42,797 bases of DNA from assembly GCA_900696505.1 (NCBI GenBank), contig CAADGJ010000223.1:1-42797 (forward strand), read 5' to 3'. Of this stretch, positions 27,493 through 37,558 are shown piece by piece (the first letter of the stretch is position 1; each line of letters opens with the position of its first letter). The translations under genes were made by a program, and so were the position numbers. This DNA is from an uncultured Nitrosospira sp. (GTDB taxonomy: Bacteria; Nitrospirota; Nitrospiria; Nitrospirales; Nitrospiraceae). A model generated the notes under the pieces. It saw only the letters and a list, made by a program, of their open reading frames with translations, was not told where the DNA came from and made no database searches.

Positions 27493-27750
27493 ATGGAACG
27501 AGGAGATCGTGGAAACAGCGGAGGGGGCGGAGGCCGGTTTTTTCAACGCCGCAAGCCTTGCCGGTTTTGTGTGGATAAGGCACCGATTGATTTCAAGGAT
27601 GTTGGCCTGTTGCGGAATTTTTTGACCGAGCGTGGACGTATCGTTCCCCGTCGCATTTCCGGCAATTGCTTGCAGCATCAGCGGGTGTTGACGGTCGCAG
27701 TGAAGCGGGCTCGCCAGATCGCCCTGGTGAGTTTTGCCGAAGAGCGATAG
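27493..27750 (+). CDS. rpsR: 30S ribosomal protein bS18 (Zn-binding C+ form)
   Basis: CRFC...IDFKD...[18 protein letters not shown]. Confidence 0.97.
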   Translation: MERGDRGNSGGGGGRFFQRRKPCRFCVDKAPIDFKDVGLLRNFLTERGRIVPRRISGNCLQHQRVLTVAVKRARQIALVSFAEER

Positions 27751-27833
27751 GGCAGGGATAGGTTTTGGTGAGTGTTGAGTCACGTGGCCCGGCAGCCTGT
27801 CTCCTGATCGATACGGGGGAGGATCGTCTCGTC

Positions 27834-28439
27834 ATGACGGTGCCCATGGATATGCTCAACCCAGCGATTGTCGATATTGGTCCGGAAGGGCTGCCCCTGT
27901 CATGCTCGGCTTCGGGGCCTCAGCTGGGGTTGGATGAGCCGGAAGATAAGTTTGACGGCCCGCTGGCCATTCAGCTTGAGCTCTCGCAGCAAGAAGGACG
28001 GATCTCGGTCACCGGCACGTTGGAAGGCACCGCGATCCGTCAATGCGTGCGTTGTCTTTCGGAATATGCCGATCCGCTCCTCGTCTCTCTCTATGCGGAA
28101 TATCTTCCGCAGGCGAGTGTGGCTGCGAAATCTGCTCCGGCGGAACAGGGAAGACGGAATACGAGACGCGGTGCTCAACCGGTTGAACCGGAAGAAGAGG
28201 CGGATGAAGAGGATGAACTGTACTGGTATCAGGGCGATCATCTTGATCTCGTCCCGATGCTGCGCGAACAGGTAATTCTGGCCGCTCCGATGCAGCCGAT
28301 ATGTCGCGAGGATTGCCCGGGACTTTGTCCCCAGTGCGGACAGAACCTTAATGAGCGCCGATGCGACTGCCCTCCGGCGCAAGTGCCGAGTCCGTTTCGG
28401 GTGCTGCGAGGGCGTGGGCCAAAAGGTGAAAACGCATAG
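27834..28439 (+). CDS. yceD: YceD/DUF177 family protein
   Basis: CVRCL, CREDCPGLCPQCGQNLN..C.C; lies directly upstream of rpmF. Start uncertain. Confidence 0.9.
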   Translation: MTVPMDMLNPAIVDIGPEGLPLSCSASGPQLGLDEPEDKFDGPLAIQLELSQQEGRISVTGTLEGTAIRQCVRCLSEYADPLLVSLYAEYLPQASVAAKSAPAEQGRRNTRRGAQPVEPEEEADEEDELYWYQGDHLDLVPMLREQVILAAPMQPICREDCPGLCPQCGQNLNERRCDCPPAQVPSPFRVLRGRGPKGENA

Positions 28440-28477
28440 TCTGTTAACCGGGTGTTGTGCCCGTTGAAGGAGGCGTC

Positions 28478-28663
28478 ATGCCAAATCCAAAACACAAACA
28501 TTCACGATCCCGTCGCGACATGCGGCGAACAGCGAAGACCCGGCTGGTGCCTCCAGGATTTTCGCTCTGCCTGCAGTGCCACGAATTGAAGCTCCCGCAC
28601 TATACGTGCATGAATTGCGGAACGTACAAAGGCAAGGCCGTCATCGTCGTCGAGGAATCCTAG
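28478..28663 (+). CDS. rpmF: 50S ribosomal protein bL32
   Basis: MPNPKHKHSRSRRDMRR; CxxC...CxxCG.Y; AGGAGG RBS. Confidence 0.96.
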   Translation: MPNPKHKHSRSRRDMRRTAKTRLVPPGFSLCLQCHELKLPHYTCMNCGTYKGKAVIVVEES

Positions 28664-28814
28664 TCGCGTTTTATTTTTTCGACGTGATTCGGGTACAATT
28701 GCCCACCGTGATCACGATCCGACGCTATGTCATGCGTGAGGCCGTTCAGGTCCTAGCCGGCAGGGCGTCTCTGCACGACTCTTCACTTCTCTATCCGTGG
28801 ACCGCTAACCGCAC

Positions 28815-29846
28815 ATGAAGATTGCCGTCGATGCGATGGGCGGAGACCACGGACCGGCCCCGGTCATTGAAGGCGCGATGCAAGCCGCGCAGGAACTGGG
28901 TGTCGGCATCATTTTGGTCGGCAAGGAAGACGAGCTGACCGCCGCATGCCGCAAACTCAACTGTAACGATACGCGGATTACCATTCGGCACGCGCCGCAA
29001 GTGGTGGAGATGCACGAGTCACCTGCCGCTGTGGCCAGGAAGAAGCGGGACTCGTCCATTTGGGTGGCGACGGAGCTGGTCAAATCCGGTGAAGCCGATG
29101 CCGTGGTCAGTCCAGGCAATACCGGCGCGAGCATGGTGGCCTCATTCTTCGTGTTGGGATTGATCAAAGGTGTCGAGCGGCCGGCGATTGCCACGATGTT
29201 ACCGACATTGACGGGAAGTGCGATCATGCTTGATGTGGGGGCCAATGTCGATTGTTCGGCGCAACATCTGGAGCAATTCGCCTTGATGGGCAATGAATTC
29301 GCCAGGCATGTCTATGCCAAACCCAATCCGCGCGTAGGACTGTTGAGCATCGGCGAAGAAGACAGCAAGGGGAACGAAGTTACGAAAGAAGCGTTCAAGC
29401 TGTTGAAAACCAGCCCATTGAATTTTATCGGGAATATCGAGGGACGCGAAGTCTACAGCGGAAGCGCCGATGTGGTGGTATGCGACGGGTTTATCGGCAA
29501 TGTGGCCCTCAAGATTTCGGAAGGCGTCGCGGACGTCATCAAGAAGTTGTTGATGAAGGAACTCTCCGGTTCCTGGCTCGGGCGGTTGGCTTATCCGTTG
29601 ATTGCAAAGCCGTTGCTGAATTTGAAGCGAAAAATCGACTATGCGGAATTCGGCGGCGCGCCGTTGCTGGGGGTGAATGGGACGACCATGATCTGCCATG
29701 GCCGCTCATCCGCCAAGGCCATCAAAAATGCCATTCGACGAGCGAAGGGCTTGGCCGAAACCCGGTTAGATGAGCTGATTCAACGCGACATCGAGGAGAG
29801 CTTGAGACGGCATCAGGACGAGCGGCTGGAGGACAAACAGGCGTGA
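28815..29846 (+). CDS. plsX: Phosphate acyltransferase PlsX
   Basis: IAVDAMGGD, GNTGA, LDVGAN, DGFIGNVALK, GGAPLLG. Confidence 0.97.
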   Translation: MKIAVDAMGGDHGPAPVIEGAMQAAQELGVGIILVGKEDELTAACRKLNCNDTRITIRHAPQVVEMHESPAAVARKKRDSSIWVATELVKSGEADAVVSPGNTGASMVASFFVLGLIKGVERPAIATMLPTLTGSAIMLDVGANVDCSAQHLEQFALMGNEFARHVYAKPNPRVGLLSIGEEDSKGNEVTKEAFKLLKTSPLNFIGNIEGREVYSGSADVVVCDGFIGNVALKISEGVADVIKKLLMKELSGSWLGRLAYPLIAKPLLNLKRKIDYAEFGGAPLLGVNGTTMICHGRSSAKAIKNAIRRAKGLAETRLDELIQRDIEESLRRHQDERLEDKQA

Positions 29847-30820
29847 TACGGGGGCGGATCACAGGAACTGGGTCTTATGCGCCCGAGCGGGTGATGACCA
29901 ATAGTGACCTGGAGCAGCTGGTGGCGACCTCGGATGAATGGATTCGCGAGCGCACCGGAATCCGGGAACGGCGTATCGCGGCTCCGGGACAGGCCTGTTC
30001 AGATTTAGCGTTGATCGCCGCGGAACGCGCATTAAAAGCTGCCGGACTTTCCGGGAGCGATCTCGACCTGATTCTCCTGGCCACCTGCACGGGCGACATG
30101 CCGTTGCCGTCGACTGCCTGTCTGCTTCAGCACCGCCTGGGTGCGACGCGAGCGGCAGCCTGCGACATCTCGGCCGCTTGCTGCGGGTTCGTCTATGCGT
30201 TGGGCGTCGCCGATGCCTATGTCCGAACGGGGATGCGCCATGTCCTCGTCGTGGGCTCGGAAGTGATGTCCACGATTACGGATTGGACCGATCGCAATAC
30301 CTGTATTTTATTCGGCGATGGCGCCGGCGCTGCGGTGGTGAGCGCTGCCGAGGGAGAACGTGGCATCCTCTCCAGCCACCTGCATTCGGACGGCAGTTTG
30401 TCCGATCTAATCGTGGTGCCCGGGGGCGGAACCCGGATTCCTCCTTCTGAAGCGATGGTGGGCGAGCGGTCGCAGTACATTAAGATGAAGGGCAACGAAA
30501 CGTTCAAGGTCGCAGTACGGACTCTGGAGGAAGTCGCACGCGAAACGCTCGCAGCGCACCAGCTGTCAGTCGATGATCTTGATCTGTATATTCCTCATCA
30601 GGCGAACCTGCGCATTATCAAAGCGGTGGCCGATCGTCTCGGTCTTCCGCTCGAAAAAGTCGTCTTGAATATGGATCGATACGGCAACACGTCGGCAGCC
30701 TCCATCCCGATCGCCCTGGACGAAGCCGTGCGGGACGGACGGGTCAAGGATGGACAATTGGTGATGTTCGGAGCTTTCGGCGCGGGGCTGACCTGGGCGT
30801 CGACGCTGATTCGCTGGTGA
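29843..30820 (+). CDS. fabH: 3-oxoacyl-ACP synthase III
   Basis: TSDEWIRERTGI, AACCGF, FGDGAGA, HQANLRI, GNTSAAS. Confidence 0.96.
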   Translation: MIRGRITGTGSYAPERVMTNSDLEQLVATSDEWIRERTGIRERRIAAPGQACSDLALIAAERALKAAGLSGSDLDLILLATCTGDMPLPSTACLLQHRLGATRAAACDISAACCGFVYALGVADAYVRTGMRHVLVVGSEVMSTITDWTDRNTCILFGDGAGAAVVSAAEGERGILSSHLHSDGSLSDLIVVPGGGTRIPPSEAMVGERSQYIKMKGNETFKVAVRTLEEVARETLAAHQLSVDDLDLYIPHQANLRIIKAVADRLGLPLEKVVLNMDRYGNTSAASIPIALDEAVRDGRVKDGQLVMFGAFGAGLTWASTLIRW

Positions 30821-30840
30821 AGGTGCGGCCACTGGTCGGT

Positions 30841-30885
30841 AGCCGGATGTGAAGTCCGGCGGTGCCGAATGTGTCCGGCTTTTTC
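30841..30885 (+). terminator. Possible intrinsic terminator between fabH and fabD
   Basis: AGCCGGATGT can pair with GTGTCCGGCT, followed by a T run. Confidence 0.4.
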
Positions 30886-30926
30886 CGTTGACATTGAGCC
30901 TGGTTTCTACGATACCTTACGCGGTT

Positions 30927-31880
30927 ATGACAGCTTCAGCCATTGGATTTTTGTTCCCCGGACAGGGGTCGCAATCAGTAGGCATGGGACGCGGGTTGTA
31001 TGATGCGTTCTCGGCGGTGAGGGCGGTGTATGAAGAGGCCTCCACCATCCTCGGCTACGATGCGGCTCAGCTCTGTTTTGAGGGGCCGGTTGAACGGCTC
31101 AATCTCACAGAACACACGCAACCGGCCTTGCTCGTCAGCAGTGCAGCAGCGCTGAAGGCCTTGGAACCGGCCGGACTGAGTCCGCTGGCGGTTGCCGGGC
31201 ATAGTCTCGGGGAATATTCAGCAGTCTTTGCAGCCGGCGGGCTATCGTTTCGAGATGCGGTGGCTCTGGTGCAAAAGCGTGGGCGGTATATGGCCGAAGC
31301 TGTTCCGCCGGGGACAGGGCTGGTGGCCGCATTGCTCGGTCTTTCTGCGGAAGTGGTGAAAGCCGTCTGTCAGGAGGCCTCCTCTGTCGGTGTGGTCGCC
31401 GCGGCGAATTTCAATTCTCCCGGCCAGGTGGTCATTGCGGGCGAGAAGGTTGCGGTCGAACGAGCGATCGACATTGCCAAATCGAAGGGATGCAAGAAGG
31501 CGATTCCGCTTCCGGTGAGTGTACCGGTTCACACACCCTTGATGCAGGGGGCTGCAGACCGGCTGGCCGCGGAATTCGGCGGAGTCGCGTGGCGGGATTT
31601 GACGGTGCCATTGATCAATAATGCCGAGGCGGTGGCCCTGCAGCGATCAGAAGACATCCGGGCATCGTTGGTGCGACAGTTGCCCTCGTCCGTGCGATGG
31701 GAAGAGTCGGTACAGACCATGGCCAAGATGGGTGTGACGACCTTTCTTGAAATCGGGCCCGGGACGGTCTTGACGGGCTTGGTCAAGCGGATACTTCCGG
31801 GTGCAGTCACCGCCAATGTCCATGATCAAAAGTCATTGGACGCAGCCCTCACCACTGTGGGCGTAAACAGGCAGCCATAA
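30927..31880 (+). CDS. fabD: Malonyl CoA-ACP transacylase
   Basis: FPGQGSQ, GHSLGEY, NFNSPGQ, EIGPG. Confidence 0.96.
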   Translation: MTASAIGFLFPGQGSQSVGMGRGLYDAFSAVRAVYEEASTILGYDAAQLCFEGPVERLNLTEHTQPALLVSSAAALKALEPAGLSPLAVAGHSLGEYSAVFAAGGLSFRDAVALVQKRGRYMAEAVPPGTGLVAALLGLSAEVVKAVCQEASSVGVVAAANFNSPGQVVIAGEKVAVERAIDIAKSKGCKKAIPLPVSVPVHTPLMQGAADRLAAEFGGVAWRDLTVPLINNAEAVALQRSEDIRASLVRQLPSSVRWEESVQTMAKMGVTTFLEIGPGTVLTGLVKRILPGAVTANVHDQKSLDAALTTVGVNRQP

Positions 31881-31910
31881 GCAGCTTCGAGATTGCGTGG
31901 GAGTAGAGTG

Positions 31911-32654
31911 ATGTCATTACAGGGAAAAGTAGCGATTGTCACCGGCGGGGCCCAGGGAATCGGGCGTGCGATTGCGGAAGGGTTGGCTGAGGATGGCGCG
32001 GATATCGCCGTGGCAGACCTCGACCCGGCGCGCTCGCAGGATGCCGTTGCGGCGATTCAGAAACTGGGGCGACGGGCTCTCAGTGTCAAAGTGAATGTGT
32101 CCGACTGGAATGATGCGAAGGCCATGGCCGATCAGGTCATGCAGGAATGGGGTCGGATCGATATCCTGGTGAACAACGCCGGGATTACGCGCGACGGGTT
32201 GCTGCTTCGGATGAAGGAAGAAGACTGGAATCTGGTCCTGCAGGTCAATTTGAACGGGACATTCCATTGCACCAAAGCGGTGTTGCTCCCCATGACGAAG
32301 CAACGGTTTGGCCGTATCGTCAATATCGCCTCGATCGTCGGGGCGATGGGAAACGTGGGGCAGGCGAACTATTCGGCGTCAAAAGCAGCGGTCATCGGGT
32401 TTACAAAAACGGCCGCGCGTGAATATGCCAGTCGCGCCGTGACGGTCAACGCCGTGGCGCCGGGCTTTATCGATACGGCTATGACGCAGGGGTTGCCGCC
32501 GGAGGTGAAAGAAGCCTTGCAGAAACAGATCCCCCTGGGACGATTGGGGCTTCCTTCCGATATTGCCGCGGCGGTTCGGTTTTTGGTGTCGGATGCAGCG
32601 TCGTATATCACGGGGCAGGTGTTGCACGTGAACGGCGGCATGCTCATGGTATAA
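31911..32654 (+). CDS. fabG: 3-oxoacyl-ACP reductase
   Basis: TGGAQGIG, NNAGITRD, YSASK, NAVAPGFIDT. Confidence 0.96.
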   Translation: MSLQGKVAIVTGGAQGIGRAIAEGLAEDGADIAVADLDPARSQDAVAAIQKLGRRALSVKVNVSDWNDAKAMADQVMQEWGRIDILVNNAGITRDGLLLRMKEEDWNLVLQVNLNGTFHCTKAVLLPMTKQRFGRIVNIASIVGAMGNVGQANYSASKAAVIGFTKTAAREYASRAVTVNAVAPGFIDTAMTQGLPPEVKEALQKQIPLGRLGLPSDIAAAVRFLVSDAASYITGQVLHVNGGMLMV

Positions 32655-32751
32655 GTGAGTCGGGCCTGTGTCTCGATCGGTTCGGTCGAACCGGATGTTC
32701 CGGCAAAAAATGTGGCGGATGAGATAAGATAGGAAGGAGGTGGGCAAGTCC

Positions 32752-32985
32752 ATGGCAACAGTAGATGAACGGGTGAAGAAAATTATTGCCGAGCAGTTAG
32801 GGGTCGAGGAAGAAGAAGTGACGCTGGAGGCGCATTTCGTTGAAGATTTGGGCGCGGATTCGCTCGATACGGTTGAGCTGGTGATGGCCCTCGAAGAAGA
32901 GTTCGAGATTGAAATTCCCGATGAGGATGCAGAAAAGATCCTCACCGTTGGCAAAGCGCTGGATTATATCAAAGAGAAAGCGTAA
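32752..32985 (+). CDS. acpP: Acyl carrier protein
   Basis: [20 protein letters not shown]; AGGAGG RBS. Confidence 0.97.
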   Translation: MATVDERVKKIIAEQLGVEEEEVTLEAHFVEDLGADSLDTVELVMALEEEFEIEIPDEDAEKILTVGKALDYIKEKA

Positions 32986-32996
32986 CGGACGGTAGT

Positions 32997-34247
32997 ATGC
33001 ACGATCGACCCGTCAGACGTGTGGTAGTGACCGGTCTTGGACTGGTGACGCCTCTCGGCACCGGCGTAGACAAGACCTGGAAGGCGCTGTGCGCCGGCGA
33101 GTCAGGCGTCGGCCGAATCACGCGATTCGATCCGAGTGGGTACGATGCGCAGATTGCCGCAGAGGTGAAAGATTTCGACCCGGCGCAGTTCATCGAGAAA
33201 AAAGAAATCAAGAAGATGGACACCTTCATCCACTATGCGGTGGGGGCGAGTCAGCTGGCAGTGGACGATGCCGGCCTGAAAGTCTCGGCTGAAGAGGCGA
33301 CGAGGGTTGGAGTCTATATTGGGTCTGGCATCGGCGGGCTGGGATCGATCGAACATTACCATGATGTGCTGAAGGAAAAGGGCCCCGGTCGAGTCTCGCC
33401 ATTTTTTATTCCGATGACGATCATCAACCTGGCCTCTGGCCAGGTGGCGATTCGAGTCGGCGCAAAAGGTCCGAATTCCTGCGCGGTCACGGCCTGCGCA
33501 ACGGGGAACCATTGCATCGGCGACGCCTATCGCCTCATCAAGCGGGACGATGCGGATGTCATGATTGCCGGTGGTGCGGAAGCGGCAATTACCCCGCTGG
33601 GTGTTGCCGGATTTGCGTCGGCTAAGGCCCTTTCGTTCAGGAATACCGAACCGGCGAAAGCCAGTCGGCCTTTCGATAAGGATCGTGACGGATTCGTGTT
33701 GGGAGAAGGGGCCGGCGTGGTGGTGCTCGAAGAATTGGAGCACGCCCGCGCGCGCGGTGCACGCATCTATGCCGAAGTCATCGGGTATGCCATGAATAGT
33801 GATGCCTACCATATTACGGCGCCGCCCGAAGAAGGTGAGGGTGCGGTGCGTTGCATGGAAATGGCGATCAAAGACGCTGGTGTGGCGAAGACGGACATCG
33901 GCTATATCAACGCCCACGGCACTTCGACAATGGCCGATGCTATCGAAACCAAGGCGATCAAGCACGTGTTTGGGGAGCAGGCCTATAAGATTCCGGTCAG
34001 TTCGACGAAATCGATGACGGGCCATCTCCTGGGTGCCGCTGGTGGGATCGAGGCCGTATTCAGTATTCTGGCGTTGCACCATGGTATTCTGCCTCCCACG
34101 ATCAACCTTGATCATCCTGATCCCGCCTGCGACTTGGATTATGTTCCGAATAAGGCTCGTGCGACCAAGACTCAGGTGGTCCTTTCGAATTCATTCGGCT
34201 TCGGCGGGGTCAACGCCTGCCTGCTTTTTCGCCGGTGTGACCAATAA
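32997..34247 (+). CDS. fabF: 3-oxoacyl-ACP synthase II
   Basis: [32 protein letters not shown]. Confidence 0.96.
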   Translation: MHDRPVRRVVVTGLGLVTPLGTGVDKTWKALCAGESGVGRITRFDPSGYDAQIAAEVKDFDPAQFIEKKEIKKMDTFIHYAVGASQLAVDDAGLKVSAEEATRVGVYIGSGIGGLGSIEHYHDVLKEKGPGRVSPFFIPMTIINLASGQVAIRVGAKGPNSCAVTACATGNHCIGDAYRLIKRDDADVMIAGGAEAAITPLGVAGFASAKALSFRNTEPAKASRPFDKDRDGFVLGEGAGVVVLEELEHARARGARIYAEVIGYAMNSDAYHITAPPEEGEGAVRCMEMAIKDAGVAKTDIGYINAHGTSTMADAIETKAIKHVFGEQAYKIPVSSTKSMTGHLLGAAGGIEAVFSILALHHGILPPTINLDHPDPACDLDYVPNKARATKTQVVLSNSFGFGGVNACLLFRRCDQ

Positions 34248-34274
34248 TCCTCCTCAGAGCACGAGTCAGGTGGT

Positions 34275-34982
34275 ATGACGTCGGCAACGTCAATCGAGGC
34301 GGTCCAGCGCCTGTTGGGCTACCGCTTTCGTCAGCCGCGTCTGCTGGAAGAAGCCCTGACCCATAAATCCTACTCGAACGAGCGACGTACCAAAGACCGC
34401 ACTCAAAACGAGCGCTTGGAATTTCTCGGCGACGCGGTCCTGTCGTTAGTCATGAGCGAGTATCTCGCCGCAGAATTCCCCGGCAGCAACGAAGGCGGGC
34501 TGTCCAAACTGAAGGCGCATTTGGTCAGTGAGGCGTCCCTGGCCAAGGCCGCCCGTCGGATGAAGCTCGGCCGTCTGTTGCGGTTGGGAAAGGGCGAGGA
34601 GCTTTCGAAAGGCCGTGAAAAACACTCGTTGCTGGCCGATGCCCTCGAGGCGTTGATCGCCGCCGTTTACCTGGATGGCGGCCTCGAGGCGAGCCGGACC
34701 TTTACCTTACGTGTGCTGGAAGAGGAGTTGCTGGCGGCTCGCGCAGAACGGGCCCGGCCGGGAATGGACGATTACAAGACGCAGCTACAGGAACTTTGTC
34801 AGAAGCGGTTTGAAAGTTTGCCGCAGTATGCGACGGTTCGAGAATCCGGCCCGGACCATGAGAAGGTGTTTGAGGTCCAACTGACAATTCAGGGCGTGAT
34901 GCGGGGAGTCGGATGCGGGCACAGCAAGAAAGAGGCAGAGCAGATGGCCGCGCGGGAAGCGCTGACACAATTAACGACATGA
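34275..34982 (+). CDS. rnc: Ribonuclease III
   Basis: NERLEFLGDAVL signature, ADALEA, C-terminal dsRBD. Confidence 0.97.
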   Translation: MTSATSIEAVQRLLGYRFRQPRLLEEALTHKSYSNERRTKDRTQNERLEFLGDAVLSLVMSEYLAAEFPGSNEGGLSKLKAHLVSEASLAKAARRMKLGRLLRLGKGEELSKGREKHSLLADALEALIAAVYLDGGLEASRTFTLRVLEEELLAARAERARPGMDDYKTQLQELCQKRFESLPQYATVRESGPDHEKVFEVQLTIQGVMRGVGCGHSKKEAEQMAAREALTQLTT

Positions 34983-35011
34983 GCTCTTCAAGGAACCGAC
35001 AAGAAGGAGGC

Positions 35012-35665
35012 ATGATGACACAATCACGATGGCACAATCGATTTGGGTGCGCGGCAGTGATGAGCCTGGTTCTGGCCATCGGCATGGCTACAACCGGTCT
35101 GGCGGCTGATGCTCCTGCCAAGGCAGGCGATTCCGTCAATGCGAGTAATGTGCGAGCGGTCATCAAGACCAAGGTTGGTGACATTGAAATCAAGTTTTTG
35201 CCGGACGTTGCGCCTAAACATGTCGAAAATTTCATCAAGCTCGCGAAGTCAGGATTTTATAACGGGACGATATTTCATCGTGTGATTCCTGGGTTTATGA
35301 TTCAGGGGGGGGACCCAAACACCAAGGACTCGTTGAGAAAAGACGCCTATGGTCAAGGCGGTCCCGGACACAACGTCAAAGCTGAGTTCAGCGATCTGCC
35401 GCACAAGCGAGGCGTTGTCTCGATGGCGCGGGCACAGGATCCCGATAGCGCGGGGTCGCAATTTTTTATCGTCGTGGAGGAATCGCGTTTCCTGGACCGG
35501 AAATACACCATCTTTGGCGAAGTGGTGAAAGGGATCGGAGTCGCGGACAAAATTGTGGCACTCCCGAGAGTCATGTGCCAAACGGGTGCCCCGAGTCCTG
35601 CAGACAAGGGCCCTTGCGATAATCCGATTGATCGTGTCGAGATGACGGTGACGATTATCGAGTGA
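35012..35665 (+). CDS. Exported cyclophilin-type peptidyl-prolyl cis-trans isomerase
   Basis: Signal peptide; FHRVIPGFMIQGGDP, SMARAQDPDSAGSQFFI; AGGAGG RBS. Confidence 0.93.
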   Translation: MMTQSRWHNRFGCAAVMSLVLAIGMATTGLAADAPAKAGDSVNASNVRAVIKTKVGDIEIKFLPDVAPKHVENFIKLAKSGFYNGTIFHRVIPGFMIQGGDPNTKDSLRKDAYGQGGPGHNVKAEFSDLPHKRGVVSMARAQDPDSAGSQFFIVVEESRFLDRKYTIFGEVVKGIGVADKIVALPRVMCQTGAPSPADKGPCDNPIDRVEMTVTIIE

Positions 35666-35674
35666 GGCGCTGGA

Positions 35675-35723
35675 CGTGAGCACCGGGCCGATCTGCCTTG
35701 TACTATCAGCCCGGGTGCTGACG
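35675..35723. terminator. Imperfect inverted repeat between convergent genes (possible bidirectional terminator)
   Basis: AGCACCGGGCCGAT ... ATCAGCCCGGGTGCT. Confidence 0.4.
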
Positions 35724-35730
35724 GTTCTGA

Positions 35731-36306
35731 TTAGAAGGGTTGATTCTGTTGCTGGGTGCGGACGAGGGTCAGGAAGTGAGAGAGGGCTTTGGCCATGCGC
35801 TCAGCGTGTGAGGCGGAGCGAAAGAGCAATGTGTCCTCAGGAAACTGGCCTTTCACTTCCGTGACCGCTCCGGTGCAGAAGCTGGTTTTCAGAATGCAGG
35901 GGCCATTGCTATTGCATGATATGCGGACCGCATACAGCACCAGGTTATTCTCACGCGTGTCCTGCCCCTGGTAGGCAATGCTCTCGATGTCCTGCAGATT
36001 GAAATGAGTAAAGCCGGTGTTGACGTCGTCGTGCCCGTGGTTCAACTCGATCGTGCCGAGTCTGGTTCCTGTTGGAATGACACTATAGATTTCGGTCACC
36101 TTGGTTGGTTTGGCGGCTTTCGGATTCCGGCAACTAAGACTTCGCACGAAGCCGTGTGTATTGGCCATGTCGCTGATGAACTGTACGGTGTCTTCGATGG
36201 ATTGACCGAAACCTGTGGTAGGCAGCAGCACGACGCAGGTACATCCCACGGTCAGACCGACCCTCCTGAGCCACCAGCCCCATAAATTCGCCTGTCTCTT
36301 CTGCAT
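35731..36306 (-). CDS. Secreted hypothetical protein
   Basis: ATG at 36306 with a GGGAG RBS; N-terminal signal-like segment; 4 Cys in the mature region. Confidence 0.7.
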   Translation of the reverse strand: MQKRQANLWGWWLRRVGLTVGCTCVVLLPTTGFGQSIEDTVQFISDMANTHGFVRSLSCRNPKAAKPTKVTEIYSVIPTGTRLGTIELNHGHDDVNTGFTHFNLQDIESIAYQGQDTRENNLVLYAVRISCNSNGPCILKTSFCTGAVTEVKGQFPEDTLLFRSASHAERMAKALSHFLTLVRTQQQNQPF

Positions 36307-36468
36307 GCTTCGTCTCCCTTGTAGGCTGGTATAGGCTCGTCCCTCACGTGCGTACCGTACTGAACCTGCCGAGGCAGTGCAATCCTTACTTTTGCATAGC
36401 ACGTGGCCGCTCGTGAACCGCCTAGATGGCGATGCTATCTGGTTGAGAAAGCCTGGCGGTGACGAGGG

Positions 36469-37368
36469 TCAGACGACGTCTTGGGCGATTTCGGCTGGGG
36501 TAGAAGGGAAGACGGTTGGATCGATAGGCAAGATCGGGGAAAGATCGATTTGTTCAGCAATGGAGCCGAACCGGAAGCTGTTCATGACCGTGGACATGCG
36601 AAATTCCATTTTGTCCAGATTCAAATAGTGGAACATTTTGGAAAGGAACGGGCCTTCCATATGTGGCTGATACGGATCGAGTTCCCACGGATGAAAATAC
36701 ATGACGAGAGGTCGGCCTTTTTGTTCGATCCTCCGCATCAGTCCGCACAGAGCGGGGAACGGCAACAGCCGAAAATAACTTCCTCCTGCAATGGGTATCC
36801 GCACTCCACCGAGATTGACCGTGGATGGCGGAACCTCCCAGATGGGACCCGACGAGGTTTGTTTCAGATGCTGCCAGGGATCTGATCCAGGAAGCCCACA
36901 ATGATCGTGCCGGATAGGGACGATGCTGGAGTCGTAGGTGTAACCTTCTTCTGCCAGGATTGGTAAGGCCCACAGCGTTTCACGCGTAATGGTAAAGCCG
37001 GGTGCGCGGTATCCTTGGACGGGAGATCCTATCAGGTCTTCCAGGATCTGTTTGGCCTGTCTCACATCAGCGCGAAACAACTCCGGGGTTTGGGCTGTGA
37101 CTAATTCATGCCCATATCCGTGAGACGCAATTTCATGTCCGCATTCGGCAATCTGCTTGATCAAACCGGGGTGACGCTCGGCGACCCATCCCAGAACAAA
37201 AAAGGTGGCTTTGGTGTCATAGCGCGCGAGAAGATCCAGCACCTTGCAGGTGTTGGCTGTCACCCGACTTTCGAAGGCTCCCCAGTGTCGTCGGCGAATC
37301 GGCGAGTCAAATCGTGAGACTTGAAAATGTTCTTCGATGTCGAATGTCAGGCAATGCACAGATGTCAT
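36469..37368 (-). CDS. Polysaccharide deacetylase, XrtA/PEP-CTERM system subfamily (NodB + DUF3473)
   Basis: TFDIEEHFQV, ATFFVLGWVAE, HEIASHGYGH, GYRAPGF, YDSS, GGSYFRL, YFHPWELDP. Confidence 0.9.
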   Translation of the reverse strand: MTSVHCLTFDIEEHFQVSRFDSPIRRRHWGAFESRVTANTCKVLDLLARYDTKATFFVLGWVAERHPGLIKQIAECGHEIASHGYGHELVTAQTPELFRADVRQAKQILEDLIGSPVQGYRAPGFTITRETLWALPILAEEGYTYDSSIVPIRHDHCGLPGSDPWQHLKQTSSGPIWEVPPSTVNLGGVRIPIAGGSYFRLLPFPALCGLMRRIEQKGRPLVMYFHPWELDPYQPHMEGPFLSKMFHYLNLDKMEFRMSTVMNSFRFGSIAEQIDLSPILPIDPTVFPSTPAEIAQDVV

Positions 37369-37481
37369 CCTTGGGTGTATGGATTTGCCTACTAGCTGGG
37401 ATGGGTAAGGGTTTGCATGCTGACGTTGGAGAGGTGCCCCTTTCGACCCGCTTTGTATACTATGTGTACGCAATGAAGTAA

Positions 37482-37497
37482 AGCAAAGTTTAAGCCA
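37482..37497 (-). promoter_or_regulatory. Sigma-54 (-24/-12) promoter of the polysaccharide deacetylase
   Basis: Minus strand TGGCTTAAACTTTGCT with GG-N10-GC spacing and a TTGC -12 element. Confidence 0.65.
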
Positions 37498-37558
37498 TTA
37501 CTTTTCAGTAGTGATTTCAATGGGATGACTAACAGTCCCAAGAAGTCGAGGCCGTAGG

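Noticed and set aside
32678-32693. Palindrome CGGTTCG-gt-CGAACCG upstream of acpP as a fatty-acid regulator operator
   Set aside because: Single occurrence with no second copy upstream of other fab genes; could be a simple mRNA hairpin.
33102-34115. 337-aa antisense ORF over fabF
   Set aside because: Shadow frame of a conserved gene in GC-rich DNA; no motifs or RBS.
36390-36412. Sigma-54-like sequence upstream of the 36306 gene (minus strand GGCCACGTGCTATGC)
   Set aside because: GG-to-GC spacing is 11 rather than the required 10.
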